Source of the DNA: Candidatus Fervidifonticultor secundus
GTDB taxonomy: Bacteria > Sysuimicrobiota > Sysuimicrobiia > Sysuimicrobiales > Humicultoraceae
Direction of reading: 5' to 3'
Length of the DNA: 64,000 bases
Assembly (NCBI GenBank): GCA_031459385.1
Contig: JAVKIP010000002.1
Coordinates: 128,355 to 192,354 of the forward strand
Shown here: positions 53,624 to 64,000 of the stretch, one piece after another
Layout of the letters: each line of letters starts with the position of its first letter
How positions within the stretch are numbered: position 1 is the stretch's first letter
Made by a program: the position numbers and the translations under genes
The notes under the pieces: model-generated
Databases searched by the model: none
What the model was told of the DNA's origin: nothing
What the model saw: the letters and a program-made list of their open reading frames with translations, nothing else

Positions 53624-54558
53624 GCTCCCGGGGCTCCTCGGACGACGCGAAACGGCCGCAGCCGCCCGGCCTCGACCTTGCCCAGCGCCACCAGGCCCCG
53701 GTGGTCCCGCAGGCGGATCGGTCGCCCCACAGGCAGGCGGGCCCATCCGGGGACCTGGACCAGCAGCAGGGGCCGTCCCTGCAGCACCTGCTGGCGTTGC
53801 GCTGGCGTGAGATCCACCGCCGGAAGATCCCCCAGGGCGTCGTCCGGGGAAACGAGCAGCATGGGCAGCCTTCCGGCGTCCGCCGCCTCGGCGATCTCTT
53901 CCAGGGTGAGGCTGCTCTCCAGCGTAAAGCGTCCCGAGCGTGTGCGGAGCACGAACGACGCGTGGGCCGGCACACCCACCCGTTGGCCCAGGTCCCGGGC
54001 CAGCGCCCGCACGTAGGTGCCCTTCGAGCACTCGATCTGGACCAGCACCCGGGCGCGGGGCCCCGGGACGAACTCCAGCAGCCGACACTCGCTGATCTCT
54101 ACCCGTCGGGCGGGGACCTCCACATGCTGCCCGCGCCGCGCGTGTTCGTAGAGCCGGCGGCCGCCGCGGTGGATCGCCGAGACCAGAGGCGGCACCTGCT
54201 CCAGGACGCCGACGAACCCTGCCAGCCCGGCTTCCACCGTCGCCCGGTCGAGGCGGGAGGCGTCCGCCTCGGCCACCACCGTGCCGTACGCGTCGCCGGA
54301 GTCCGTAGCCAGCCCAAACGTGAACTCGGCCCGATATCCCTTGTCGCGCTCGGTGAGGAGGTCTGCGATCCGCGTGGCGCGCCCCAGGCAGAGCACGAGC
54401 ACCCCACACGCCCCGGGATCCAGGGTGCCGGTATGCCCGATGCGCCGCTGCCCGGTGAGCCGCCTGAGCGTGTCGACCACGTCGTGGGACGTCATGCCCG
54501 GCGGCTTCAGCACGTTGAGCACGCCGGTGTAGAGCTCGGCGGCCGGCTTAGCCCGCAT
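53620..54558 (-). CDS. truB: tRNA pseudouridine(55) synthase
   Basis: KPPGMTSHDVV, GHTGTLDP, CSKGTYVR. Confidence 0.96.
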   Translation of the reverse strand: MRAKPAAELYTGVLNVLKPPGMTSHDVVDTLRRLTGQRRIGHTGTLDPGACGVLVLCLGRATRIADLLTERDKGYRAEFTFGLATDSGDAYGTVVAEADASRLDRATVEAGLAGFVGVLEQVPPLVSAIHRGGRRLYEHARRGQHVEVPARRVEISECRLLEFVPGPRARVLVQIECSKGTYVRALARDLGQRVGVPAHASFVLRTRSGRFTLESSLTLEEIAEAADAGRLPMLLVSPDDALGDLPAVDLTPAQRQQVLQGRPLLLVQVPGWARLPVGRPIRLRDHRGLVALGKVEAGRLRPFRVVRGAPGA

Positions 54559-55525
54559 CGCGACGCTCCCCGACCTCGGATGCTGCAGCCGCCAGCACCT
54601 GCTGCAGCACGGCGTCGAGCGGCGCCCGCACCTGCGCGCCGGCCGCGGCCGCATGCCCTCCCCCGCCCAACTGGGCAGCGACCCGGTCTGCCCGCACGCC
54701 GTCGCGCGCACGGAGCGAGACGCGGACGCCCCCGACGTGTTCCTCCAGAACCACGGCCAGGCGGACGCCGGCGATCGTCCGCAACGCGGCCGCGATGCCT
54801 GCGGCCTCGTCTGCGCCGGGCCCGGCGGCCGCGCGCATGGCCGGCATCACCACCGCGACCGCCACGGCGCCGCCCAGGTGGAGCTGGCATGAGGCCAACG
54901 CCGCGCCCAGCAGGCGCATCGCGCCCACGGGCTGCTCTTCGTAGACCCGGCGCACGATCTCCGCGAGATCGGCTCCCCGCTCCATCAGTTCCGCGGCCAG
55001 GCGCAACACGCGCGGGGTAGTGTTCGCGTACCGGAAGATACCGGTGTCCGTGGTCACGGCCACCAGGAGCGCCTGCGCCATGGCCGCATCGAGCGTCACG
55101 CCCAGGAGGGCAATGAGCTCCGTGACCTGCTCACCGACGGCCGCGGCAGCGGGATCCCAGTCGGTCAGGTCCGCGTAGGGTTGGTGCTCGGCGTGGTGGT
55201 CGATGGCGATGATCATCGGTGCCCGCGCGACGTCCGCGGCGAGCGCGCCGGCGCGTGCCAACGTACCGCACTCCAGGGTCACGGCCACGTCGGGCTGCCA
55301 GGCACCGGGCACCGCCGTTACCACGTGCTCCGCACCGGGGAGGACGCGCAGCCCCGACGGCACCGCCTCGGGACTGGCCACGAGGGCCTCCCGACCCAGC
55401 ACGGCCAGTGCGCGCGCCAGCGCCAGCGCCGACCCCAGGCAGTCGCCGTCCGGCGCCTCGTGACACACCAGGAGCGTGCGCGCGCTACGGGCGAGAACCT
55501 GAGCGATCGCCGCCCTGGGGGTCAC
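54548..55525 (-). CDS. nrnA: DHH/DHHA1 phosphoesterase (nanoRNase NrnA-like)
   Basis: H..PDGDC.GS, IDHH, DTG.FRY, GGGGH..AAG. Confidence 0.88.
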   Translation of the reverse strand: MTPRAAIAQVLARSARTLLVCHEAPDGDCLGSALALARALAVLGREALVASPEAVPSGLRVLPGAEHVVTAVPGAWQPDVAVTLECGTLARAGALAADVARAPMIIAIDHHAEHQPYADLTDWDPAAAAVGEQVTELIALLGVTLDAAMAQALLVAVTTDTGIFRYANTTPRVLRLAAELMERGADLAEIVRRVYEEQPVGAMRLLGAALASCQLHLGGAVAVAVVMPAMRAAAGPGADEAAGIAAALRTIAGVRLAVVLEEHVGGVRVSLRARDGVRADRVAAQLGGGGHAAAAGAQVRAPLDAVLQQVLAAAASEVGERRDAG

Positions 55526-55871
55526 GGGAGGGTTCCTCTGCCAGTTCCCGCAGCAGCGAGGTGATGCGGACACCCCGCTCGATGGACGGATCCAGCCGGA
55601 AGACGATCTCGGGCACCAGGCGGATGCCCAACCGGGGCCCCAGGAGCGAGCGAACATACCCGGTGGCGTGCTCGAGACCTTCCATGGTGCGCTGCTTGGC
55701 CGCCGCATCGCCCAGGACGCTGACGAAGATGCGGGCATGCCGCAGGTCCTGGCTCACCTCCACGTCGGTCACCGAGACGAACCCGATGCGGGGATCCCTC
55801 AGGGTGCGGATGATGGCGCTGACCTCGGTCCGGATGACCTCGGCCAGCCGCGCCGCGCGGGGATGAGGCAT
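55485..55871 (-). CDS. rbfA: Ribosome-binding factor A
   Basis: DPRIGFVSVT.V.VS.DL..A, PEI.F..D.SIE.G. Confidence 0.95.
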   Translation of the reverse strand: MPHPRAARLAEVIRTEVSAIIRTLRDPRIGFVSVTDVEVSQDLRHARIFVSVLGDAAAKQRTMEGLEHATGYVRSLLGPRLGIRLVPEIVFRLDPSIERGVRITSLLRELAEEPSRDPQGGDRSGSRP

Positions 55872-55887
55872 AGGGCGGCTCGCTCCC

Positions 55888-56175
55888 CTACCGGATCTCG
55901 ACCTGGTAGTCCACGAGCACCATGTCGCTCTGGTGCTCCACGAAGCGGTGGATCTCCGCCAGGATCTGGTGGGCGTGCCGGCCCGACGTGCTGATGCAGG
56001 CAAACGCCACGGCCGCCCGCGTCCAGACCTCATGGTGGTCCACCTCGGCGGCCGAGACCCGGAAGCGATGCTGGGCGCGCTCCACCAGGCTCTTGACGAG
56101 CCGGCGCTTGTCCTTCAGACCTCGGGCACCGGGCAGGCTCAACTCCGCCCTGGCCACGCCAACGACGATCGCCAC
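55888..56175 (-). CDS. DUF503 (YlxP-like) protein
   Basis: L.LPG..LKDKR...KSL, F.VS.AEV; located between infB and rbfA. Confidence 0.88.
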   Translation of the reverse strand: MAIVVGVARAELSLPGARGLKDKRRLVKSLVERAQHRFRVSAAEVDHHEVWTRAAVAFACISTSGRHAHQILAEIHRFVEHQSDMVLVDYQVEIR

Positions 56176-56184
56176 GCCTCCTCG

Positions 56185-58728
56185 CTACGCCGGGACCTGC
56201 TGGACCTCGAAGGCTTCGATGAGATCGCCTTCCTTGACGTCGTTGAAACGCTCCAGACCGACGCCGCACTCGAAACCTTCGGTCACCTCGCGCACGTCGT
56301 CCTTGAAGCGACGGAGCGACGCGATGCGGCCCTGGTAGACCACCGCACCGTCCCGGATGAGCCGCGCCTGCGCGCCGCGCACGAGCTTTCCCGTAGTCAC
56401 GTACGACCCGGCGATGGCCCCCACGCGCGAAATCGTGAAGACCTTGCGCACCTCGGCCTGCCCCAGCGTCACTTCCTCCTCGCGGGGCGCCAGCAAACCC
56501 CGCTGCAGCTGCGCCAGATCGTCCAGGGCCTCGTAGATTAGGCGATAGAGGCGCACGTCGACCCGGGCCTGCTCGGCGACGCGGCGCACCTGGGCATCGG
56601 GCCGGACATTGAAACCCACGACGACTGCCCGGCTGGCCGCTGCCAGCATCACGTCCGACTCGGTCACGGTGCCGACAGCGGCGTGGAGGATCGAGAAGGT
56701 GACCTCGGGCGTCGAGAGCCGGCCCACGGCCGCCGTCAGGGCCTCCACGGATCCGTGGGTATCGGCCTTGACGATCAACCGGAGTTCCTTGGGGCCGCCT
56801 GTGGTCTCCTCGGCCGCCACCGTAGGCCGTGCAGCCTGCTCGGCAGCCCGCCGTCGCTCCCGGCGCTCCTCGGCGATGGCCTTGGCCATCCGTTCGTCGC
56901 GCACAGCTTCCAGCAGGTCGCCGGCGGTGGGCACGTCCTCCAGGCCGACGACTTCCACGGGCATGGACGGCGTGGCGGCATCGATGCGCCGCCCGCGGGC
57001 GTCCACCATGGCCCGCACACGGCCGGCGATCTCGTTGACCACGATGGCATCGCCGACGCGGAGGGTACCTTCCTGGACGATGACGGTGGCCACCGGCCCA
57101 CGGCCCCGGTCCAGCCGGGCTTCGATCACCGTCCCCCGGGCCGGCCGGTCGACGTCCGCCCGCAGCTCCTGCAGATCGGCCACCAGCAGGATCATCTCCA
57201 GCAGCTGGTCGATCCCCGTGCGCTGGCGCGCGGAGACCGGGACCATGATCACATCGCCGCCCCAGTCCTCCGGCACGAGCCCCAGCTCGGCCAGTTGCTG
57301 CTTCACCCGATCGGGATTCGCCTGCGGCAGGTCGATCTTGTTGATGGCCACGATAATGGGCACGCCGGCGGCCCGGGCATGGTTGATCGCCTCGATCGTC
57401 TGGGGCATGACGCCGTCGTCGGCCGCGACTACCAGCACGGCCACGTCGGTCACCTGCGCGCCCCGGGCGCGGAGCGCGGTAAATGCTTCGTGGCCGGGCG
57501 TGTCAATGAACACGACCGGCCGACCGTCAGCCGTCTCGACCACCGACGCCCCGATGTGCTGCGTGATGCCGCCGAACTCGCCCTCGGCCACCTTGGTGCG
57601 CCGGATGGCGTCCAGCAACGAGGTCTTCCCATGGTCGACGTGCCCCATGACCGTGACCACCGGTGGCCGCGGCGGCGCACTCTCTCCCGCCGCCACCGCC
57701 AGGCGCTGAATCCTGGGCGCGGCCGGCTCCGTGGCGGCCTCGGGCCGCCGCACGCTGGTCCCGAACGACTCCGCGACCTTCTGGGCCAGCTCCGCGGGGA
57801 TCTGCTGGTTCACCCCGGCCAGTACCCCGTGATCCAGCAGGCGGCGCACGATCTCGCCCGTCTGCACCTGCAGCCTGGCCGCGAGGTCGCCCACCGTGAC
57901 CGGTCCGGCCAGCTCGATCTCGGCGGCGGCCGCCGGGGGGGCTTCCACAGAGGTCTCCTCGGCCCGGACCGGCCGACGCCGTCGCGGCGGCCGCCGGAAA
58001 TGCGGCCGCGGCTCGGGGCGCGCGACGGGCCGGGGCTCGGGCGGCTTGCGCCGATCAGGGGCCCGCGGTGGCGCCGGCCGCGGCGCCTCGGGCGCCACCG
58101 GTGGCAGCACGGTGACATCGAGCACCTCGCGGGCGGGCGCCTCGCGCGCCGCGTCGCGCCGCGGTGGCTTCACGGGCTGGATGCGCACCGCTTCCGACGG
58201 CACTTCGGGACGTGGCTTGCCGCGGGGCACCTCGGCGGGCGGTGCGGCGGGCGCAGATGGTGCTGCCGATGCGCTGGTCTGTGGGGGCGCCGGCGACGCC
58301 TGCGGGGGAGCAGCCGCGGCCGGCAGGGGGCCAGCCGTGGCCGGCGGCGCGGCCGCCGGGCCCTGCGCCGCAGGCCGGATGACGACTCTAGGGGGCGCTT
58401 CGGTCGCAGGCTTGCGCTCGGGCGGGGGCACGGGCTCGGCCGGCGGAGCGGGCGCCACGATCTTCCGGACGCCCAGGATGCGCTCGCCGGTCGGGGTCCG
58501 CGCGTCGATCCTGGGCTCGGCCGCCGGCGGCTGCGCAGGCGCTAGGGGCATAGGTGCGGCCTTCTTCCCCTTGGGCCGCGTGGCCGCCACGTGGAGGCGC
58601 ACGCGCTCCTCCTGGGCGACGGTGAGGCTGCTGCTGTGGCTCTTCACGGCAATCCTCAGGAGCCCCAGCGTATCCATGAGCTCCTTGGTCGAGAGCCCCA
58701 ACTCTTTCGCCAGCTCGTAGACCCGCAT
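56185..58728 (-). CDS. infB: Translation initiation factor IF-2
   Basis: [46 protein letters not shown]. Confidence 0.99.
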   Translation of the reverse strand: MRVYELAKELGLSTKELMDTLGLLRIAVKSHSSSLTVAQEERVRLHVAATRPKGKKAAPMPLAPAQPPAAEPRIDARTPTGERILGVRKIVAPAPPAEPVPPPERKPATEAPPRVVIRPAAQGPAAAPPATAGPLPAAAAPPQASPAPPQTSASAAPSAPAAPPAEVPRGKPRPEVPSEAVRIQPVKPPRRDAAREAPAREVLDVTVLPPVAPEAPRPAPPRAPDRRKPPEPRPVARPEPRPHFRRPPRRRRPVRAEETSVEAPPAAAAEIELAGPVTVGDLAARLQVQTGEIVRRLLDHGVLAGVNQQIPAELAQKVAESFGTSVRRPEAATEPAAPRIQRLAVAAGESAPPRPPVVTVMGHVDHGKTSLLDAIRRTKVAEGEFGGITQHIGASVVETADGRPVVFIDTPGHEAFTALRARGAQVTDVAVLVVAADDGVMPQTIEAINHARAAGVPIIVAINKIDLPQANPDRVKQQLAELGLVPEDWGGDVIMVPVSARQRTGIDQLLEMILLVADLQELRADVDRPARGTVIEARLDRGRGPVATVIVQEGTLRVGDAIVVNEIAGRVRAMVDARGRRIDAATPSMPVEVVGLEDVPTAGDLLEAVRDERMAKAIAEERRERRRAAEQAARPTVAAEETTGGPKELRLIVKADTHGSVEALTAAVGRLSTPEVTFSILHAAVGTVTESDVMLAAASRAVVVGFNVRPDAQVRRVAEQARVDVRLYRLIYEALDDLAQLQRGLLAPREEEVTLGQAEVRKVFTISRVGAIAGSYVTTGKLVRGAQARLIRDGAVVYQGRIASLRRFKDDVREVTEGFECGVGLERFNDVKEGDLIEAFEVQQVPA

Positions 58729-58737
58729 CCGCGCCTC

Positions 58738-59028
58738 CTAGTCCGCTCCCGGCACGCGCGTCCGCTGCGCCACCACGGCCTGCAGGTGCGCCACCACGTC
58801 GTCGGGGACCGCTACCTCCAGCGCGCGTTCCAGGCGGCCTTCCCGCACGGCCAGGGCGGCGCACGCCTCCGACGGGCAGACATACGCGCCGCGGCCCGCC
58901 ACTTTGCCGCTGACGTCCACGCGTACCTCCCCCGCCGGCGTGCGCACCACGCGGACCAATTCGCGCTTGGCCCGCATCTGGCGGCAGGCCACACACTGTC
59001 GCTGCGGGATGTGGCGCGCTCTGGGCAC
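58738..59028 (-). CDS. ylxR: YlxR/DUF448 RNA-binding protein
   Basis: P.R.CVACR, ELVRVV, GRGAYVC. Confidence 0.92.
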   Translation of the reverse strand: MPRARHIPQRQCVACRQMRAKRELVRVVRTPAGEVRVDVSGKVAGRGAYVCPSEACAALAVREGRLERALEVAVPDDVVAHLQAVVAQRTRVPGAD

Positions 59029-59046
59029 CGGTCCTGCTGCTCCTGT

Positions 59047-60210
59047 CTACCCGGCCTGTTCCTCGGGGACGCCGGCGGTCGCCGCGGCCTCAGCCGGCGC
59101 GGCGTCGGCCACGGGCGCTGCGGCCACCGGCGCCTCCTCGGGCAGGTCGATGAAGATCTTCTGCGCCTCGATCTCCTTGATCTGCGACTCGCTCTTGATG
59201 TCGATCCGCCACCCGGTCAGCTTGGCGGCCAGCCGGGCATTCTGGCCTTCGCGGCCGATCGCCAGCGACAACTGATGATCGGGAACGATCACCAGCGCGG
59301 TCTTGGTCGGCTCCTGGATCTCCACCCGCACGACCTTGGCGGGGCTCAGGGCCGCGGCGACGAACTGAGCGATGTCAGGACTCCAGGCGACGATGTCGAT
59401 CTTCTCGCCCCGGAGCTCGTCCACGATGGCCTGGACGCGGGACCCCTTGGGCCCCACGCAGGCGCCCACCGCGTCCACGTTCCGATCGCGAGAAGCCACG
59501 GCGATTTTGCTGCGCGTGCCGGCCTCGCGGGCAATGGCTTTGATCTCCACGATGCCCTCGTAGACCTCGGGGACCTCCAGTTCGAACAGGCGCTTGAGCA
59601 GCCCGGGGTGGGTGCGCGAGACGACGATCTGCGGCCCGCGCGTGCCCTGGCGGACCTCCACGACGTAGGCCTTGACGCGCTCGCTCTGACGGTACGACTC
59701 GCGCGGAATCTGCTCGGGCGGCGGCAGGACCGCCTCGATGCGGCCCAGGTCCAGATAGACGTTCTTTCGCTCGATGCGCTGCACGATGCCCGTGACGATG
59801 TCCCCCTCGCGGTCGCGGAACTCCTTGTAGACGAGCTCCCGTTCGGCCTCCCGCAACCGCTGCACGACCACTTGTTTCGCGGTCTGTGCCGCGATCCGGC
59901 CGAAGTCCTTGGGGGTCACCTCCACCTCGACCATGTCACCTACCTGCGCGCTCGGATCCCACTCGCGCACCTGCTCCAGGGCGATCTGGGCCGTGGGATC
60001 CTCCACGTGCTCCACGACGGTACGCACCTGGTACGCGTGCATCTCCCCGGTGGCGCGATCCATCTCGATGCGCATGTTCTGCGCCGTCGAGCCGAAGTTC
60101 TTCTTGTACGCCGACAGCAAGGCCGCCTCGATCGCCTCGATGATCACGTCCTTGCTGATGCCCTTCTCCTCCTCGAGTTGCTCGAGGGCTCGCAGCAGCT
60201 CGACGTTCAT
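59047..60210 (-). CDS. nusA: Transcription termination/antitermination factor NusA
   Basis: FGRIAAQTAKQV, ELEVPE, AIGREGQNARLAAKLTGW. Confidence 0.98.
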   Translation of the reverse strand: MNVELLRALEQLEEEKGISKDVIIEAIEAALLSAYKKNFGSTAQNMRIEMDRATGEMHAYQVRTVVEHVEDPTAQIALEQVREWDPSAQVGDMVEVEVTPKDFGRIAAQTAKQVVVQRLREAERELVYKEFRDREGDIVTGIVQRIERKNVYLDLGRIEAVLPPPEQIPRESYRQSERVKAYVVEVRQGTRGPQIVVSRTHPGLLKRLFELEVPEVYEGIVEIKAIAREAGTRSKIAVASRDRNVDAVGACVGPKGSRVQAIVDELRGEKIDIVAWSPDIAQFVAAALSPAKVVRVEIQEPTKTALVIVPDHQLSLAIGREGQNARLAAKLTGWRIDIKSESQIKEIEAQKIFIDLPEEAPVAAAPVADAAPAEAAATAGVPEEQAG

Positions 60211-60719
60211 GGCCCAAGACGCCCTCCCCGGTCGAAGTCCTCCCGCAGGTCCTCCATCTCCACCACCAGCCGCGCGGTGGCAACCGCGTCCAGCGGCAGC
60301 CGCGCCCGCTCGGCATCAACGTCCAGGACGACGTCGCTGCCCTCCAGCCCCACCAGGCGCCCGCGCCACCGGCGGCGCCCGGTGATGGGCTCGCGCGTCA
60401 CGATCTCGACCTTGCGGCCCGCAAAGCGGACGAAATCCGCTGCACTCCGCAAGGGCCGGTCCAGCCCGGGGGAGGCCACTTCCAGGGTGTAGGCGTGCGG
60501 GATGGGGTCGTGCAGGTCCAGCGCGCGGCTCAGCTCCTCCGACACGCGCGCGCAGTCCTCGACCGACACGGCCACCGGGCCCTCCACCAGAACGCGCACC
60601 ACTGTCCGGCGGCCTTCGCCCAGGACGTCCACGCCGACCAGGGTCAGGCCATGCCGTCCCGCCACCGCCGCCGCCAGCGCCTCCACCTCCGTCGCCCACG
60701 CCGGGCCTCGACTCGTCAT
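60207..60719 (-). CDS. rimP: Ribosome maturation factor RimP
   Basis: DC..VS..LS..LD..DPI..YTLEV.SPGLDRPL. Confidence 0.95.
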   Translation of the reverse strand: MTSRGPAWATEVEALAAAVAGRHGLTLVGVDVLGEGRRTVVRVLVEGPVAVSVEDCARVSEELSRALDLHDPIPHAYTLEVASPGLDRPLRSAADFVRFAGRKVEIVTREPITGRRRWRGRLVGLEGSDVVLDVDAERARLPLDAVATARLVVEMEDLREDFDRGGRLGP

Positions 60720-60744
60720 CACGGATGTACCCGCGTCCCCTCAC

Positions 60745-60775
60745 AAAAAACGAGCGGGCACCCTCCACCCACTCG
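60745..60775 (-). terminator. rimP leader attenuator/terminator hairpin
   Basis: Minus strand CGAGTGGGTGGAGGGTGCCCGCTCG followed by TTTTTT in the 5' leader of rimP. Confidence 0.75.
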
Positions 60776-60826
60776 CATCGCACCTCCGGCCGGCATGCCG
60801 CCGACCCGTTGAGACCGATCGTGCTT

Positions 60827-60855
60827 ATGCTAACATAGCTGCCCGCCCCAGGCAA
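60827..60855 (-). promoter_or_regulatory. Promoter of the rimP-nusA-infB operon
   Basis: TTGCCT-N17-TAGCAT with extended TG. Confidence 0.55.
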
Positions 60856-60879
60856 GCGCGGGCCCGGGCTGCGCGTACC

Positions 60880-62187
60880 CTACGGGTACAGCCGGTTCAG
60901 TAGCCGGGGAAACGGCACGGCTTCGCGGACATGGTCCAACCGGCACAGCCAGGCCACGGTGCGCTCGATCCCAATGCCGAAGCCGGAGTGTGGCACGCTG
61001 CCGTACCGCCGCAGGTCGAGGTACCAGCGGTACGTGGCCTCAGGCAGTCCGTGCGCGACCAGGCGCCGGCGCAAGAGCCCCAGGTCGTGGATGCGCTGCC
61101 CGCCGCCGATGATCTCGCCGTACCCCTCGGGCGCCAGGAGATCGGCGCCCAGGACCACCTCGGGCCGCGCGGGATCGGGCTGCATGTAGAACGCCTTGCA
61201 CTGGGCCGGAAAGCGGTGCACGAACACCGGGCGGTCAAACGCCTCGCTGATGATCGTTTCTTCGTCCCCGCCCAGGTCCTCACCCCAGGCCACCGGCTTG
61301 CCGCGGGCCGCCAGCAGCGCCAGCGCCTCGTCGTACGAAATACGCGGGAACGGTGCCACCACGCGCTCCAGCAGCACCGGGTCGCGTTGGAGCACCTCCA
61401 GCTCACGTCGGCAGCGCTCGAGCACCCGGGCGACGACCGACGCCACGAACGCCTCGGCCAGCGCCAGGTACTCGTCGAACTCCATGAAGGCCGCCTCCGG
61501 CTCGAGCATCCAGAACTCGATGAGGTGGCGGCGCGTCTTGCTCTTCTCGGCGCGAAACGCGGGCCCGAAGCAGTAGACGCGCCCGAACGCCATGGCAGCC
61601 GCTTCGTTGTAGAGTTGGCCTGACTGTGTGAGGTACGCCGTCCCCAGGTCGAAGTACTGGGTGGCGAACAGCGTGGTCGTCCCCTCCACCGCCGCCGGCG
61701 TCAGGATCGGTGCGTCCACCCGCAGGAACCCGTGGCCATCGAGGTAGTCGGTCATGGCCCGAATCACCTCGGCGCGCACCCGCTGGATGGCGTGCTGACG
61801 GCGGCTGCGCAGCCACAGGTGCCGGTGGTCCATGAGGAACTCGATGCCGTGCTCCTTGGGCGTAATCGGGTACGCCTCGGCCTTGTGGACGACGCGCAAA
61901 CCGGTGGCAGCCAGCTCGACGCCGCCCGGCGCGCGGCGGTCGGCGCGCACACGACCGACGAGGATTAGGCTGCTCTCCAGCGGGAGGCGGTCTGCGGTGG
62001 CGAACACCTCGTCCGGGACGTCCTGCTTGCCCATGACGGCCTGGACCAGGCCCGTGCCGTCACGGATCAGCAAGAAGTGGATCTTGCCGCTGCTGCGGCG
62101 GTTCGTCAGCCACCCCCGCACCTCGACCTCCTGGTCGAGGTGCTGCGGCAGGAGGTCCACGGCGACCGCGGGGGGCCTGGTCAACAC
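60880..62187 (-). CDS. asnS: Asparagine--tRNA ligase
   Basis: OB-fold [43 protein letters not shown]. Confidence 0.95.
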   Translation of the reverse strand: MLTRPPAVAVDLLPQHLDQEVEVRGWLTNRRSSGKIHFLLIRDGTGLVQAVMGKQDVPDEVFATADRLPLESSLILVGRVRADRRAPGGVELAATGLRVVHKAEAYPITPKEHGIEFLMDHRHLWLRSRRQHAIQRVRAEVIRAMTDYLDGHGFLRVDAPILTPAAVEGTTTLFATQYFDLGTAYLTQSGQLYNEAAAMAFGRVYCFGPAFRAEKSKTRRHLIEFWMLEPEAAFMEFDEYLALAEAFVASVVARVLERCRRELEVLQRDPVLLERVVAPFPRISYDEALALLAARGKPVAWGEDLGGDEETIISEAFDRPVFVHRFPAQCKAFYMQPDPARPEVVLGADLLAPEGYGEIIGGGQRIHDLGLLRRRLVAHGLPEATYRWYLDLRRYGSVPHSGFGIGIERTVAWLCRLDHVREAVPFPRLLNRLYP

Positions 62188-62244
62188 GGCCGCGACCTGC
62201 CCCCAGGGACCGACGGTTCGTCCGCAGAACTAGCGCCCGGACGG

Positions 62245-62889
62245 GTGGCCAACGGCGCCGTGATCGTCATCTTCGACCTCGACAACACCCTGGTGGACTC
62301 GAGCATCGACTTCGCGGCCCTGCGCAGGGCGCTGCTCGATCTCTGGGAGACGGCCGGGCCGCTGCCGGCGCCGCGGGAGGACTTGGTGCGCCTGGCGATC
62401 CCGGAGATCGTCGCGAGGCTGACGGCGGCTGCGCCCGCGCTCGCGCCGGCCGCCTGGGCCCTGGTGGAACGCTTCGAGGTCGAGGGCCTGCGCGATGCCC
62501 GTCCGGTCCCCGATGCCGCCCGGGTGCTCGCGACCCTGGCCGCCCGCGGCGTGCGCATCGCCGTGCTCACCAACAACAGCCGTGCCGCGGCCCGCGCCGC
62601 CCTGGACGCCGGAGGCCTGGCACCGTACGTGACAGTGCTGGTCGGCCGTGAGGATGTGCCTGCGCTGAAACCGGACCCCGCCGGTGTACGCCAGATCGTG
62701 GCGCGACTGGGCCCGGGGACCCCGTACGTGGTAGGCGACTCCTGGATCGACGCTGCCGCCGCCGCGGCGGCCGGGGTCCGATTCGTGGGCGTCGGGCGGC
62801 GCCGGGCAGACGTCGAAGCCCGAGGCATCCGCCCGTGGGCATGGATCTCCCGTCTGGAGGACCTGCTCACCGTCGATCTGCGGGCCTGA
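62245..62889 (+). CDS. HAD-superfamily hydrolase (phosphoglycolate phosphatase-like)
   Basis: FDLDNTLVDS, TNN, KPDP, VGDS..D; start uncertain (62245 or 62260). Confidence 0.88.
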   Translation: MANGAVIVIFDLDNTLVDSSIDFAALRRALLDLWETAGPLPAPREDLVRLAIPEIVARLTAAAPALAPAAWALVERFEVEGLRDARPVPDAARVLATLAARGVRIAVLTNNSRAAARAALDAGGLAPYVTVLVGREDVPALKPDPAGVRQIVARLGPGTPYVVGDSWIDAAAAAAAGVRFVGVGRRRADVEARGIRPWAWISRLEDLLTVDLRA

Positions 62890-62938
62890 CCGCGACGGCT
62901 CACCGGCCCGGGCACCCCGTGCCTCCTCGTTGCCCGCG

Positions 62939-63382
62939 CTACCAGAGGTGCGAGAACTTCCGCGCGAAGCGCTGCTCCAGTTCGTCGCGGTTCAGGTGGT
63001 ACACCGGGCACTCTCGGAGCATGCACACGTGCAGCGCCGTGTTGCAGTAGGCCTCGGGGACCTCCCAGCACCGCCGGTTCACGTAGTAGGCGGCGCACAC
63101 CCCCCGGCGGGTCGCCGGGAGTTCCGCTCCCGGCCCGGGGCCCGGGACAACTGGCGCGCCCGGTGTGGCCCCCGCCGACTCCGGATCCCGCACCAGGCGC
63201 AGAATCGGCCGCGCGTCCCGGGCGGGCGCCTCAGCGCCCCCGCCGCGGGAGGCGACGGCCGGGACCACCGGCTGTTCCAGTACCGGCGGGGATGGCGGCG
63301 CGGCCAGCGCCTCCAGTTCCCGAGAGGCCGTTTCGATGAGGTTCCTAACGCCGCGCCGGAGCTCCTCGCGCCCGCTGGGCAT
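62939..63382 (-). CDS. Hypothetical ParA-associated protein with a C-terminal Cys-rich domain
   Basis: Start overlaps the parA end (GAGGTGATCGCTCATG); C-x8-CW-x6-C-x6-C-x4-CPVY motif. Confidence 0.75.
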   Translation of the reverse strand: MPSGREELRRGVRNLIETASRELEALAAPPSPPVLEQPVVPAVASRGGGAEAPARDARPILRLVRDPESAGATPGAPVVPGPGPGAELPATRRGVCAAYYVNRRCWEVPEAYCNTALHVCMLRECPVYHLNRDELEQRFARKFSHLW

Positions 63383-64000
63383 GAGCGATCACCTCGTGAG
63401 CCAGGCTCATGTATTCTTTGGCGCCCCGCGACTCAGGATTCGTGAGAAACAGCGGCACGCCGCTCATCGACGACTCGACCAGCTTGATGTTGAAGTGAAT
63501 CGTCGTGTGAAAGACCTGATTGGGGAAGTACTCGTGGATGCCCTGGAGGATCTCTTTGCTGATCGTCGTCCGGGAGTCGTACATCGTGGGGAGCACGCCG
63601 ACGATCTCCACCTGGTGGCCGAGTTCGTCGCGTACCATCTTCAGCGTCCGCAGCAGCTGACGCATCCCCAGCAGCGCATAGTAGTGGGTCTGGATCGGCA
63701 CGATGATGCCGTCGCACGCCACCAGGGCGTTGAGCGTCAACAGCCCCAGCGAGGGCGGCGTGTCGATGATGATGAACGCGTAGCGCTCCCGCAGGGGCTG
63801 GAGCCGGCGCCGCAGTGCCTGCTCGCGCCCGATGCGGGAGACGAGTTCCATCTCGGCGGCCGCCAGGTCGATGGAGGACGGGGCGACCTCCAGCCCCGCC
63901 ACCGGGGTGGGACGGACGATCGTGGCCAGGGGCAGGCCCTCGTCCGTACTGCTGTCGACGATGACATGGTAGACAGTGCGGTCCAGCGTGGCCGGGTCCA
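63345..64000 (-). CDS. ParA/Soj-family ATPase (5' part outside the window)
   Basis: PSSIDLAAAE.EL, IIIDTPPSLGLLTLNALVA, VPIQT.YYAL.G, TMYDSRT, GAKEY..LA.EV. Confidence 0.92.
   Translation of the reverse strand, partial: DPATLDRTVYHVIVDSSTDEGLPLATIVRPTPVAGLEVAPSSIDLAAAEMELVSRIGREQALRRRLQPLRERYAFIIIDTPPSLGLLTLNALVACDGIIVPIQTHYYALLGMRQLLRTLKMVRDELGHQVEIVGVLPTMYDSRTTISKEILQGIHEYFPNQVFHTTIHFNIKLVESSMSGVPLFLTNPESRGAKEYMSLAHEVIAHAQRARGAPARR

Noticed and set aside
52676..54409. truB-ribF fusion implied by the 577-aa ORF
   Set aside because: The upstream part is an out-of-frame overlap with truB; ribF has its own ATG at 53623

Overview
Very GC-rich bacterial chromosomal segment made mostly of core genes with Terrabacteria-type organisation (T-box-controlled valS, GAAC-N4-GTTY LexA boxes, rny-ymdB, rimP-nusA-ylxR-infB-ylxP-rbfA-nrnA-truB-ribF-rpsO-pnp). 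An Armatimonadota/CSP1-3-like host is a guess, not something the sequence shows. From left to right: end of lon, a ferredoxin with an insertion, a GntR regulator, T-box plus valS, a SPOR protein, a lower phenylacetate/beta-oxidation cluster, a near-perfect XerCD dif site at 11542-11569 where the predominant gene orientation flips (probably the replication terminus), lexA, hflX-dapL-miaA-mutL-mutS, ilvD, the selenocysteine machinery (selC, selB, selA) split by two paralogous secreted proteins, the rny operon, a UvrD helicase fused to an Fe-S nuclease behind recA-recX, thpR-cinA-rodZ, psuG beside a collapsed nucleoside ABC transporter, ftsK-uppP, dapA-asd-dapB, an M16 peptidase, the translation/ribosome-maturation operon, asnS and a HAD hydrolase. 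At the right edge is an orphan ParA coupled to a small non-ParB Cys-rich partner, which is the best candidate for an undescribed system. No transposase, integrase, prophage, CRISPR array or rRNA was seen. All protein calls come from motif recognition by eye; no database searches were run.
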